This document shows positions 9,237 through 19,127 of a DNA stretch of 64,000 nucleotides, piece by piece. Below the pieces are notes generated by a model. That model was given only the letters and a program-made list of their open reading frames with translations. It searched no databases and was not told where the DNA came from. The stretch lies in contig JALXBF010000105.1 in NCBI GenBank assembly GCA_026991575.1, positions 62,001 to 126,000 of the forward strand, in the 5' to 3' direction. Every line of letters starts with the position of its first letter. The first letter of the stretch is position 1. The position numbers and the translations under genes were made by a program. The stretch is from Planctomycetota bacterium (GTDB lineage: Bacteria > Planctomycetota > Planctomycetia > JALXBF01).

Positions 9237-10004
9237 TCAGCCACGCACCGCGCCACCATTGACGCGCACGATCTGACCGGTGATGAACGCAGCGTCATCA
9301 CTGCAGAGGAATGCAACCGTGGCAGCCACATCCTCCGGCTCGCCCCAGCGCCGTAGCAATGCCTCCCGCTCCGCCCGTTCCTGCCAGGGCCGCGGAGCGG
9401 ACCGGCCCCAAGCGGTGCGAATCCACCCGGGGGCCACACAGTTGACGCGTACCTCCGGCGCCGCTTCGACTGCCAAGCTCTTGGTAAACGCCATGACCGC
9501 TCCTTTCGCGGCGGCGAACAGTTGCCCGCTGTCACCTTCCATACCGGTTTCGGCTTGGTCCCAGCCAATTGTGACAATTGCCCCTCGGCCCCGCCGTTTC
9601 ATTTTCCTGAGCACGTGGCGACAGACCAGTATGGTGGCGCGCACGTCGACCTGCCAGAGCAACTCCAGCTTGCGTTCGAACGACCACCGCTTCGCGTCAC
9701 CGGTCAGGATATCCGCACCAGCGATGTGGACCCAGGCTTCAAGCCCTCCCCAACGTTCCCAGCAGCGTTCGACCAGTTGGGCGGCGGCGTCGGTCCCTTG
9801 CAGATCCGCAGCCACCACGTCAGCCTCACGGCCAAGCGCGTGGATCCGGTCGGCGACCTCCCGAGCAGCGTCAACGCGGCAACGACAATGGACCAGCACG
9901 TCCCAACCGCACTGAGCCAGCCTCAGGGCCGTGGCCCGTCCGATTCCGCTGGACGCCCCTGTCACCACCACGCGGCGCCGGCGCGGCGTTCGTGTATCGC
10001 TCAT
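9237..10004 (-). CDS. Short-chain dehydrogenase/reductase with atypical active site (FxxxK)
   Basis: TGASSGIG, VRVNCVAPGWI, FITGQIVRVNGG; the YxxxK position reads LFAAAK. Confidence 0.88.
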   Translation of the reverse strand: MSDTRTPRRRRVVVTGASSGIGRATALRLAQCGWDVLVHCRCRVDAAREVADRIHALGREADVVAADLQGTDAAAQLVERCWERWGGLEAWVHIAGADILTGDAKRWSFERKLELLWQVDVRATILVCRHVLRKMKRRGRGAIVTIGWDQAETGMEGDSGQLFAAAKGAVMAFTKSLAVEAAPEVRVNCVAPGWIRTAWGRSAPRPWQERAEREALLRRWGEPEDVAATVAFLCSDDAAFITGQIVRVNGGAVRG

Positions 10005-10033
10005 GGATCGGCCGGACCTCCTCAGCGGGCTCG

Positions 10034-11368
10034 TCACCGCTGCGAGGCTTCCGCGCCCGCAGCGTGCGAAACATAGCGGGCAAACTCTTCGGCCTGCACC
10101 CGCTCCACGACACGCTGCGCAATACTACGCACGGCCGGGTCAGGATCGTCGCAAAGCGACTCAAGCACGTCGACGGCTTCGGTGTTGTGCTGGGCGACGA
10201 GAGCCAACGCCATGCACGCCGCCCGCCGAAGCAACGGGTCGCGGCTGCGCACTGCCGAATGAACGGTGTGAAACGCCGTTGGACTGGTCGCAGCCGGCGT
10301 CGCCAGCGCAATCAGCGCGCCGATTCGACGGTCAAGTTCCACGCGAAGGCCAGCTTCCAGGAATCGCAGCGCCGAGTACCAGTCCCCGGCATGCACCCCG
10401 ACAATCATCTTCCACGCCTCGCCCAGTGCAGTACCCCCGAGCTCGACCACTGCGTCGCGTCGTTTGTCCAGGGCAACCGCTTCCAACACACGGACGACAG
10501 CGGCGCGCTGCGAGCCATCTGGTCGACAGTGAGCCAGTGCCAGGGCGGCAGCCAGAGCCACCGTGTCTTCCTCGCCTTCCACGGCTCGAAGCAACGCTGG
10601 CAGCGCCGCCTCGGCGTCATCCTCAGCCAGGGCCAGCCCGACGGCAGCACCGAGCCGCTCTTCTCGCGTCTGGCCCGTCCGCAGCATATCCGCCAGCACG
10701 GGCACCGCCGGACCGCCAACTTTGCCCAGCGCGCAGTAGGCTGTGAACCGCAGCAGAGGCTGTTTGCCATGGGTCAGCGGCACCATGTACGGGACGGCGT
10801 CGGCGGCAGCTCGACCGAGCCGAGCGGCCGTCTGCAGGGCCGCGGTCTGCATTTGACGATCGGCGCTCTCCAGCGCGCGGATCAACAGAGGTACTGATCG
10901 CCGGCCGCCGCCGGCTAAGCCGCGTACCGCTTGCTCGCGCACAGCACTATCCGGATCGTTGAACGCAGCATGAACCTCGGGAAAGTCCGGAAACTCGTCA
11001 GGGGCAACCCGAGCCAGCGCGACAATCGCTTCGTGTCGAAGCAGGCTATTGCCGGAGCAGAGCTGCTCGCGGATACGCGGCACCAACGGACGAGCCGCCG
11101 GGCCGATTCGGCCGGCGCCCATGAGCGCCACGGCGCGCACATTCGGATCTCCGTGCGCCAGCAGCCGCTCCAGCCCGGGCACAGCGGCTGCGCCGAGTTT
11201 GACCATCTGCTCCACAGCCCGTAGCCGTTCCGATGGATCACCCGAGCTAGCCTGCGCGACCAGCACGTGAACGTCCAAACCAGAACGTTGCAGAGGACTT
11301 CGCAGCCAGGCCAGCACCGCCCCGGTCACACCTCCGGCAACAACCAAATAGACATGTCTTGCACTCAT
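10034..11368 (-). CDS. HEAT-repeat protein with N-terminal hydrophobic anchor
   Basis: Repeated AVP.L..LL..D..VR..A..AL units; hydrophobic N-terminus. Confidence 0.8.
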   Translation of the reverse strand: MSARHVYLVVAGGVTGAVLAWLRSPLQRSGLDVHVLVAQASSGDPSERLRAVEQMVKLGAAAVPGLERLLAHGDPNVRAVALMGAGRIGPAARPLVPRIREQLCSGNSLLRHEAIVALARVAPDEFPDFPEVHAAFNDPDSAVREQAVRGLAGGGRRSVPLLIRALESADRQMQTAALQTAARLGRAAADAVPYMVPLTHGKQPLLRFTAYCALGKVGGPAVPVLADMLRTGQTREERLGAAVGLALAEDDAEAALPALLRAVEGEEDTVALAAALALAHCRPDGSQRAAVVRVLEAVALDKRRDAVVELGGTALGEAWKMIVGVHAGDWYSALRFLEAGLRVELDRRIGALIALATPAATSPTAFHTVHSAVRSRDPLLRRAACMALALVAQHNTEAVDVLESLCDDPDPAVRSIAQRVVERVQAEEFARYVSHAAGAEASQR

Positions 11369-11727
11369 GTCGCGCCACTCCTGCGCACCGCCCGCCAGGC
11401 TCGCAAGCGGCACCCCGCCTAACGGTTTCCGATATATCAATTCAGCAGCCCGGAATCAAGCCCCCAGACGCTTGGAAGCTGCAACTCGGCGCCCTCGCGA
11501 AACGCATCGCAGCCGATTCAAGGTGATCGCCTCTGCATGCCGGATCGTGCTAAGGAGCACCGGATAGTCAGGATTAGGCGTATGCCGAAGCCTCCCCTCC
11601 CCTGCGTCGCCTGCGATTCGGTCGGCGGCCTCGGGGCAGCGCCAACGCATGCCCATACGGAGCAGCTCGGCCCGCGAGTCAGGCCAGTGGCCCCTTCGGC
11701 TGGCGACCGGCGTCTCCGGTCGACGGC

Positions 11728-12300
11728 TCAGCATGAGTCGACTTGCTGCATGAGCACTTCCACTGACGGGAATCGTTCCTGGAGCCAGCGGAAATACCCA
11801 TCGACAATCCCCTCACGGGCCGCTTCCGCGATGCTCCCGGCCACGCGCCGTTTCAGCAACACGAGCCGCCGTGCGCCACACGCGGCGGCGATCAGCAGTG
11901 CGATCGAATCAGAGGTCACATCCCAACTGGTCGGCAGCCTGATGCCCAAGCACTCCTCGCTCTCCCGAAGCAACGCCACCGGATCGGCCAGCATCACAGC
12001 GTGCTCGCCGCTGGCGACCTCTTCCAGCGCGGTCGCTAGCGGCCAGGTTGCCGGGGCAGCGGCCGCAGCGAGGATCTGCGTGTTGAACCGCATCGCCTCG
12101 ACGGCCAGCCAGTGTGCCGCTTCCTCCGACAGCTGCCACCATTGAGACCAGCGGCGCACCAGATCTGCCACCTCACCGCCGCCGACCACGATCAGCACGG
12201 ACTCCCCTCTGAGCAACTCGTCGACCGCTCGCCGAATGACCGGCACGCCGGCCGGCGTGCGCAACAGGCTACCACCGCACTTAAGCACCACGACCGCCAT
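11728..12300 (-). CDS. mfnE: Amino-acid kinase family, MfnE/Orf21-like (methanofuran/methylofuran biosynthesis)
   Basis: VLKCGGSL, IVVGGGEVADLVR, AHWLAVEAM, LPTSWDVTSDSIA. Confidence 0.8.
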   Translation of the reverse strand: MAVVVLKCGGSLLRTPAGVPVIRRAVDELLRGESVLIVVGGGEVADLVRRWSQWWQLSEEAAHWLAVEAMRFNTQILAAAAAPATWPLATALEEVASGEHAVMLADPVALLRESEECLGIRLPTSWDVTSDSIALLIAAACGARRLVLLKRRVAGSIAEAAREGIVDGYFRWLQERFPSVEVLMQQVDSC

Positions 12301-13357
12301 GTGCCGCTCCGCGCGCAAGCTGGACCAGTGCCCAGGCCGGCCCGCACCTGGAGATCATCTCGCCGGCCAGCTCACCGAGCGCCAGCACAGGCCGGCGCCA
12401 CCCGAGCTGGCTGAGTGCCTGCCGCGCCAGAAACTCCCCTTCGCCGGCCACGATTACCTGCTCGACTGCTGACCGTGCAGCACGCAGTCTGGTGGCGATC
12501 GCGCGGCAGAGCTCGGCGCAGGCGGCCGCGGCCACGTGCTCGGCAATCCGTGCCAGTTCCTGCGGCTCAAATCGGTCCGCGTCCAGACACATGGTGCGTG
12601 CCAGACGCTGTGCTGCGCAGAGGCGGGTCATGGGCCGGCCGTCGGCGGTCTCGCAACATGCGGGATCCTCGGGCAGATCGCCCGTCAGCAGGAACGCGTC
12701 ACCGACGGTCGCGAACAGCTCGCGGGCAACCGGGACCATTCGGCCACGCCAGGGAACGCTACCAACCAGCATGGCCACCGGTGTCCGGCGTACGCCCAAG
12801 TAGAGCAACTCCCGTGAGATCAGCCGCGTAACGTCTTCCAGACCGTCTGCCCGAACGGTGCCACGGTGCAACAGAACGATGTCCGTGGTGGTCGAGCCGA
12901 CATCGATCAGCAGCGCGGTAGCCGGCTCGATAAGACGTGCAGCCCATTGCGCCAGGGCCAGCCAGTTCGCGGCGGCGACGGAACTGGGCTCCAGCCGGGC
13001 ACGGGCCAACGGCACGAACTGACCGCGCGTCGTCCACACAAGCGTCCGGCAGTTGGCCCAGGCCAACGTCTCCAGCGCGTGCTCAACGGCCGCCAGGACC
13101 GCCTGGACCCCCTCATCCTTCGACACGAAGCAGTCGCACAGCTCCGCGGTCATCGTCACCGCCAGCTTCTCCGGCACCGGGCAAGCTGCCAAGAACGTGA
13201 CCAGTTCGTCCGCCAGCCGTTGCGGCGCACGCCAGACAGCAAAGGGCCTGCTGGCGGCTCTTCCTGAACTATCGGCCAGCTTGAGGTTTGCACCACCGAT
13301 ATCCAGGCCGACGATGTACGCGGTGTCCGAGTTGCGGTCCTCCTTCGCGCGGCCCAC
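12281..13357 (-). CDS. mfnF: Hydantoinase/oxoprolinase family, MfnF/Orf9-like (H4MPT-linked C1 pathway)
   Basis: GLDIGGANLK, AVTMTAELCDCF, AANW, LIDVGSTTTDI, ELFAT, TADG. Confidence 0.88.
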   Translation of the reverse strand: MGRAKEDRNSDTAYIVGLDIGGANLKLADSSGRAASRPFAVWRAPQRLADELVTFLAACPVPEKLAVTMTAELCDCFVSKDEGVQAVLAAVEHALETLAWANCRTLVWTTRGQFVPLARARLEPSSVAAANWLALAQWAARLIEPATALLIDVGSTTTDIVLLHRGTVRADGLEDVTRLISRELLYLGVRRTPVAMLVGSVPWRGRMVPVARELFATVGDAFLLTGDLPEDPACCETADGRPMTRLCAAQRLARTMCLDADRFEPQELARIAEHVAAAACAELCRAIATRLRAARSAVEQVIVAGEGEFLARQALSQLGWRRPVLALGELAGEMISRCGPAWALVQLARGAAHGGRGA

Positions 13358-13425
13358 GGCTTCAACGTAACGCGCCGTCTGCGATTCTGGACGTCTTGTA
13401 GGTCATGGTCCGCGGTTGGGCCCTG

Positions 13426-14376
13426 CTAATGACACTCCGGCGTCAGTGGGCCAGCCAGTTCACGCAGGAAGAACAGCCTGCCAGGCTGCGTTGGCATGAA
13501 CGATGAGGGCACCCATGGGTCGGGGCCATACCGCAGCGTCATCCACAGGCTCATTCCCTGCCACTGCATGCCTCGACCAAGTACCCCATCGGCACCGCCA
13601 ATGATCCAATCAGCCCCCAGGAACAGGCCGGGGCCGATCGTGTTCGCATAGGCCGGGACCAGCGTGGTCCGACTCTTAAAGCTGGTGATTGCATTCTGTT
13701 CGATCGTCAGCGGGTGAAGTTTGGCAGCGATCCTGTACGGCTGGCTCTTCCAGTCGTCGACCGAGTCGAATTCCGCAGCGAAATGTGGCTCCCAGAATGC
13801 GATGTGGCAAACCCTGCCAATGCCAAAGATCACAACCAGCTCCGCGCCCTGCTTGCGCAGATCCGCGATGCGTGCGGGGTACTCCGGCAGGACATCCTTG
13901 GTCGCGAAATGCCGTTGCGAGGGCGGCACGGTTAGCTCACCCAAGGGCCCGTAGAAAGCCTCCTCCATCGCGTTTTGGAATGCCCCGGGGTTACTGGGCG
14001 GCAGCGTGTTGCCCTGCGCATCGCTCCACTCATCCATATTGAACCCCCACACGTGCTCGCAGGAAACGTTCCATTCCTTCAGGAAATAGACCGCCCACCT
14101 GTACATGCCCATCGGGCCGACCGGCAGGATGAGAGCAATCGGGCGGCCATCACGTCGTGCACGGTAGATAGCGCGTGCAATCTCGTGGCCCATCTTGACG
14201 TCGAACTCGGCCAGGTCGTCACACGGGATCGGTTCGAATCGCTCGTGCCACCAGGGCTGGCGTTCCGTGATCGCCTCAGGGGGGTTACTGCAGAGTTGGT
14301 CGATCTTGGCCAGGTCCCAGCCCGCCGGGAAGAACCCTTCCAGCATCGAGCCGGCAAGCGTGCTGACGAGATCCAT
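13426..14376 (-). CDS. Glucosamine-6-phosphate isomerase/deaminase (NagB-like) family protein
   Basis: [29 protein letters not shown] (cf. NagB GIG.NGHI.FNEP). Confidence 0.75.
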   Translation of the reverse strand: MDLVSTLAGSMLEGFFPAGWDLAKIDQLCSNPPEAITERQPWWHERFEPIPCDDLAEFDVKMGHEIARAIYRARRDGRPIALILPVGPMGMYRWAVYFLKEWNVSCEHVWGFNMDEWSDAQGNTLPPSNPGAFQNAMEEAFYGPLGELTVPPSQRHFATKDVLPEYPARIADLRKQGAELVVIFGIGRVCHIAFWEPHFAAEFDSVDDWKSQPYRIAAKLHPLTIEQNAITSFKSRTTLVPAYANTIGPGLFLGADWIIGGADGVLGRGMQWQGMSLWMTLRYGPDPWVPSSFMPTQPGRLFFLRELAGPLTPECH

Positions 14377-14419
14377 CTGGTCACCTCCCGCTGCATCGCC
14401 TGCTACAGTATCTGCCCGC

Positions 14420-15424
14420 TCACTGCATCGATCGTAGCGTGCCGTCGGGCCAAAAACAAACCGGGTCGGCTGCGGGAACGGCCTCGGACGCTGTTGTGTC
14501 CGTCAACAGAACGGCTGCCAGATTGATCCCGGTAGCAGCCGCCTGGGCCACGAACGAGGTGGTCAAGCGGGGGTTGACCTCCACGACCATCGGCTCTGCC
14601 AGCCCGCGGCCGGACGCCCGCCACGGGAAGACCAGATCGACGCCCACGAATCCCCGTTCGCCGCGGAACAGTTCGGTCAGCGGTCGTACGATTCGGTGGG
14701 CTTGCTCGGCGAGGTGAGCCGGCAACGGGATGGCGCCCCCCTCGTAGCGAAACCCGGCATCGTCACAGGCAATCCATTGGTAAGCCGGCGGCAGGAGCAC
14801 GATGCGGGTTTCGGCCAGAACCATCGCCACACTGGCACTCAAGCCGCAGCGCAGGGGGCTCACGCACAGCAGCCCAGCATCGCTCTGCGGTGCCTGCGCC
14901 GGAGAAGTCGTCAGCATGATCCCCTCACAGCCGGCACCGCAGCGCGGCTTGACGACCGCCAGTTCCGGGCCAATGGCACCGCTGCGCAGTGGCCGGTGCG
15001 GCACATGGGCCACCCCGAGTGACGCCAGCAGCTCACTGGTACGAACCTTGTCGCTGAACAGCGCCGTCCAGTACGGCGACAGGTTCAGCAGGCGGTGGCT
15101 GGCGGCAAACTGCCGCACAAGGCGGCTCAGCACACCGTCGCACTCAGGCGCGATCAACAGAAGCGTGTCGCAACGGTCCGCCAACTGCTCCAGCAACGCG
15201 TGCCAACGGTTGCCCACGAGCGGTTCGATCCCTTCCTCTAGCCGCACCCACTCCCGGAAGCACTCATGCACGGCGCAAAGACAAGAGGACACAGGTGGAC
15301 TGCATGCGCGAAGCTGCGCGGTTGCCCAGCGAAGCATCGCAGCGCCTTCGCGCGCCAGTCGCCGCGAAACCGTTGCCACCCCGCATCCCCCAGCCATGAC
15401 GTGTTCGTAGACAGCCACCTTCAT
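14420..15424 (-). CDS. mfnD: ATP-grasp protein, MfnD (tyramine-glutamate ligase)-like
   Basis: [55 protein letters not shown]. Confidence 0.75.
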   Translation of the reverse strand: MKVAVYEHVMAGGCGVATVSRRLAREGAAMLRWATAQLRACSPPVSSCLCAVHECFREWVRLEEGIEPLVGNRWHALLEQLADRCDTLLLIAPECDGVLSRLVRQFAASHRLLNLSPYWTALFSDKVRTSELLASLGVAHVPHRPLRSGAIGPELAVVKPRCGAGCEGIMLTTSPAQAPQSDAGLLCVSPLRCGLSASVAMVLAETRIVLLPPAYQWIACDDAGFRYEGGAIPLPAHLAEQAHRIVRPLTELFRGERGFVGVDLVFPWRASGRGLAEPMVVEVNPRLTTSFVAQAAATGINLAAVLLTDTTASEAVPAADPVCFWPDGTLRSMQ

Positions 15425-15887
15425 CGGACTGCTCCGATCAACCGCCGTTTCCGGTCGCGGTTGCGTTGCACATCACGCAGCGCGAAACGGACAGGCGCGT
15501 CAGGAGCGCGCACCGGCGTCGCGTAAGCCCGACACTTGGTATCGTAGTGGGACCCAAGCAAGCTGCTTCGCGGTGGCTCAAGCGATTGCCACGCAGTTTC
15601 GCCAGACAAGGACACAGTAGCAAGGACCGGCACGTGCCCTGACGCACGGCTGAGGCGCACCGACCAGACGGCCTCCGGTACCGCGCGCGGACGGACCTGC
15701 CGCATGTTCTCCATCTCCCGTTCCCCGTGATGGGGGCGGACCGTCGGTGCAGACCGACCGGTCCGGCGTCGCAGGACCGCGGAGGGGATCGTGCATTCGG
15801 GGAATACCGTTCTGGTCGGCGAGGCGGTGGGCAGTCATAATTAGCGATAGTGTCAGGTTCCTGGCCCCCCAAGCGCAGGGAAGCATT

Positions 15888-16778
15888 ATGGGCGAACCGG
15901 TTTGCGACAGAGCGGCAATCGCCGAGACGACCTTGCGGCGCGAAACGATTGAGAAACTCCGCAACGTCATCGCAACGATCCGGCGTGGTTTTGAGATCAG
16001 CCGGCGCGCCGCCCGATCACATCGGCGACGAGCTGCGCAGCGACAGCTGTCCGGTATTCCGGTCCGGTTCGAGCGCGGCGAATGCCTGCAGATACGACGC
16101 TGCGCCACGCCCTTCCTGACCCGGCCAGCCGAACTGGTGCCCTGCAAACCCGACTGGCAACCTGGTCTGCTGCAGACGCGCCACCTGCACGAGCTCCACC
16201 TATTGCACGAAGCGCTGCCGCACCAGGTGCTCTACCTTGACCTGGAAACCTGCGGGCTCAAGTCCCGTCCCGTGTTCCTCGTGGGCGTGCTGCAGCACGA
16301 TCCGGTGGAAGGCTGGGTCGTTGAGCAGTACTTTGCACGGAATTACGAGGAGGAGGCAGCCATCCTGGAAGCTTTCTGGCACGTTCTGCGCCGGCACCGG
16401 GTACTGGTCACGTTCAACGGCAAAGCGTTCGACTTCCCGTACGTGCTGGATCGGTCCCGCTATCATCGGATCAAGGTCACGTCGGGCCGCTCGCGATCAC
16501 GGTCCAGCTTGACACATTGCGACGTTCTGCTGTACGCCCGCCGTCTGTGGAAGGAGCGGCGTGAGCTACCGGACTGTCGGCTCCAGACCCTGGAGTACTG
16601 TCTCTGCGGTCGTGAGCGTGAACAGGACATCCCGGGGTGGGAGATTCCGGCCGCGTATGACCGCTTCGTGCGTCAGGGCCGCACGGACGAGGTCAGCCGT
16701 ATTCTGGACCACAACTTCTACGACCTGATCACGCTTGCAGAGCTATCGTTTCGTGTGCTGCATGAGCTGGGCGGGTAA
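15888..16778 (+). CDS. RNase H-like (YprB/RNase_H_2) DEDD exonuclease domain protein
   Basis: LYLDLETCGL, EQYFARNYEEE, LVTFNGKAFD, HCD.L..ARR.W, L.TLE, DIPG.EIP..Y, HN.YDL. Confidence 0.85.
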   Translation: MGEPVCDRAAIAETTLRRETIEKLRNVIATIRRGFEISRRAARSHRRRAAQRQLSGIPVRFERGECLQIRRCATPFLTRPAELVPCKPDWQPGLLQTRHLHELHLLHEALPHQVLYLDLETCGLKSRPVFLVGVLQHDPVEGWVVEQYFARNYEEEAAILEAFWHVLRRHRVLVTFNGKAFDFPYVLDRSRYHRIKVTSGRSRSRSSLTHCDVLLYARRLWKERRELPDCRLQTLEYCLCGREREQDIPGWEIPAAYDRFVRQGRTDEVSRILDHNFYDLITLAELSFRVLHELGG

Positions 16779-16826
16779 ACGCATCAGGGCCTCCCTGTCT
16801 CCGGCGCTGGCCGGCGAGGTGCGAAC

Positions 16827-19046
16827 ATGAGCCAGGATGCATGGCGGGTCGAACGGTACAAGGACGACCTCCTGCTGGTCACGTTCGATTGTCCAGACCG
16901 CAGTGTGAACACGTTCTCGCGTGCGGTCCTCCAGCAACTGGACCAACTGCTCGACGAGCTGGCCAAGACGGCCAGTGCCTCCGGTGTGCTCATTCGAAGC
17001 GGTAAGCCGGGCAACTTTGCCGCCGGGGCCGACCTGGATGAGGTCGTCCAGATCGGAACTGCCCACGAGGCCGCCGAGTTGTCCGGGTTCGGTCAGAAGG
17101 TGTTTCGCAAGCTCGAACGCCTGCCGCTGACCACCGTCGCACTTGTTTCCGGAGCATGTCTCGGTGGCGGCCTGGAGTTCGCCTTGGCGTGCGACTATTT
17201 GATCGCCGATGAGGATCCGCGCACGCTGCTTGGTTTCCCGGAGGTGCTCATCGGACTGATCCCTGGCTGGGGGGGCACGGTGCGCGCCCGCAGGCGACTG
17301 GGCCTGCAGGCAGCCGTGCAGGCTGTCACCACGGCCACTCGATACAACGGCCGACAAGCCCGGCGGCTTGGCCTGGTGGACGACGTGGTTCCGACCGAGG
17401 CATTGCTTGCAGCAGGCGCCTGGTTCGTCCGGCACCGGCCACCGCACAAGAAAGGCTGGTTGAGACTGGCAACGGATAACCGCTGGGTCGGGAGGCTGAT
17501 CCTGCGTACTGCGCGGCAACGGATCCTGACCACCACCTATGGCCAGTACCCGGCCCCTTTGCACGTGGTGCGTGTGTTTCAGGTCGGCTTGGAACGGGGG
17601 GTAAGTGGGCAATATGAGGCGGAACGAACCGCCATCGCAGACCTCGCCACCCACCCGGTCACGCGGAAGCTGATGCGGATCTTCTTCCTGCAGGAAGAAG
17701 CCAAGAAACGCGCACGCGAGCGGACCGAGGAGGCCCGGACGGTACATCGCGTGGCGATCGTCGGCGCGGGGATCATGGGCGCGGGCATCGCGGCACTGTT
17801 CGCACAGCGCGGCGTTGAGGTCCGGCTCAAAGACATCCGTCCAGACCTCGTGGCCAAGGGAATGTACCGAATCCGCGAGCACGTGCGACGCCAGGTACGC
17901 CGCGGCCGGATGAACGCAAAGCAGGCCGAAGAACTCCTTCAGCGGATCTACCCGACGGTCGACTACACTGGCTTCAAGCTCGCCGAGCTTGTGATTGAGG
18001 CAGTCGTGGAGGACGCCGCGGTCAAGCGTCAGGTGTTTCGCGAGTTGTTCGAACGCATCGGTCCGGAAACCGTGGTGGCTACCAACACCAGCTCCTTCAG
18101 CCTAGCCAGCCTCGCCGGCGCGGATATCGACCAAGACCGCTTCCTGGCCATGCACTTCTTCAACCCCCCTCACCGGATGCGTCTGGTCGAAGTGGCCTGG
18201 ACCGAGCGCACCGCGCCCTGGGCACGAGCCACCGTGCTACAGATGGCGCTCCGCCTGGGCAAGACGCCGATCGTGGTGGGTGACTGCCACGGCTTTGTGG
18301 TCAACCGCTTGCTTACTGCTTATCTCAACCAGATCGGTTACCTCTTGCTGCTAGTCGACGATCCGCTGCAGCTGGAAGAAGCGATGAAGCGTTTCGGGTT
18401 CCCTATGGGGCCGCTGGAGCTGCTGGACCTGGTCGGACTGGGCGTGGCTCAAAAGGTGGCCGCTAACCTGTACGCCGCGTACGGTGGCCGCATGAAGCCA
18501 GCGCCGCTCTTCGAGCAGCTTGGCACGGCATCGGAGCGGTCAGGCCCCCGAAAACTGATTCAGCGTGCGTCGTGGTTCCGCAAGAAGTCCGCGGCGCGAG
18601 AGCTGATTGCGGCAATTGACACAGTCAGGCGGCAGCACGGTCGCCTCCCGCTCAGCTTGCCCGCCAATCCCGAAGCCATTGCTCAGTACGCCGTCGCCCC
18701 GATGCTTAACGAAGCAGTGCTCATGATCCAGGAAGGGCTCGTAGAGATCCCCGACCAGATCGACCTGGCCATGATCCTTGGCGCCGGCTTCCCGCCGTTC
18801 CGTGGCGGACCGGTGAGCTACGGGGACGACCTCGGCTGGGACCGGGTGCGCGAGATTCTGCAACGGCTCGCCGCTGCGCGCCCTGAGCTGGGCCCTTGCC
18901 GGCTGCTGCTGGAGCTGGCCCAGGAGGGTACACGGCTAACCCGTGATCGGACGCCGACAAGAACAGCCACCAGGCAGGCACAGCCGGGGGAAAAGGTGCC
19001 GGACGGTGGATCTGGCGATGAGCCGATTCCGCTGTCGGACATCTAG
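16827..19046 (+). CDS. fadJ: Fatty acid oxidation complex alpha subunit (enoyl-CoA hydratase/3-hydroxyacyl-CoA dehydrogenase)
   Basis: FAAGADL, GGGLEFALACD, PEV.IGLIPGWGGT, VGAGIMGAGIA, ATNTSS, HFFNP, GAGFPPFRGGP. Confidence 0.88.
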   Translation: MSQDAWRVERYKDDLLLVTFDCPDRSVNTFSRAVLQQLDQLLDELAKTASASGVLIRSGKPGNFAAGADLDEVVQIGTAHEAAELSGFGQKVFRKLERLPLTTVALVSGACLGGGLEFALACDYLIADEDPRTLLGFPEVLIGLIPGWGGTVRARRRLGLQAAVQAVTTATRYNGRQARRLGLVDDVVPTEALLAAGAWFVRHRPPHKKGWLRLATDNRWVGRLILRTARQRILTTTYGQYPAPLHVVRVFQVGLERGVSGQYEAERTAIADLATHPVTRKLMRIFFLQEEAKKRARERTEEARTVHRVAIVGAGIMGAGIAALFAQRGVEVRLKDIRPDLVAKGMYRIREHVRRQVRRGRMNAKQAEELLQRIYPTVDYTGFKLAELVIEAVVEDAAVKRQVFRELFERIGPETVVATNTSSFSLASLAGADIDQDRFLAMHFFNPPHRMRLVEVAWTERTAPWARATVLQMALRLGKTPIVVGDCHGFVVNRLLTAYLNQIGYLLLLVDDPLQLEEAMKRFGFPMGPLELLDLVGLGVAQKVAANLYAAYGGRMKPAPLFEQLGTASERSGPRKLIQRASWFRKKSAARELIAAIDTVRRQHGRLPLSLPANPEAIAQYAVAPMLNEAVLMIQEGLVEIPDQIDLAMILGAGFPPFRGGPVSYGDDLGWDRVREILQRLAAARPELGPCRLLLELAQEGTRLTRDRTPTRTATRQAQPGEKVPDGGSGDEPIPLSDI

Positions 19047-19127
19047 CTCACCAGCACGGCCGTCCAATCGGGGCAACACCGGCATGGTACGGCCGGCGAA
19101 GCACTGCGATGCTTGCCCGAGCTAACG

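Noticed and set aside
15421..15714. 97-aa ORF whose stop overlaps the mfnD-like start (ATGA)
   Set aside because: No recognisable features; the overlap could be chance in GC-rich DNA.
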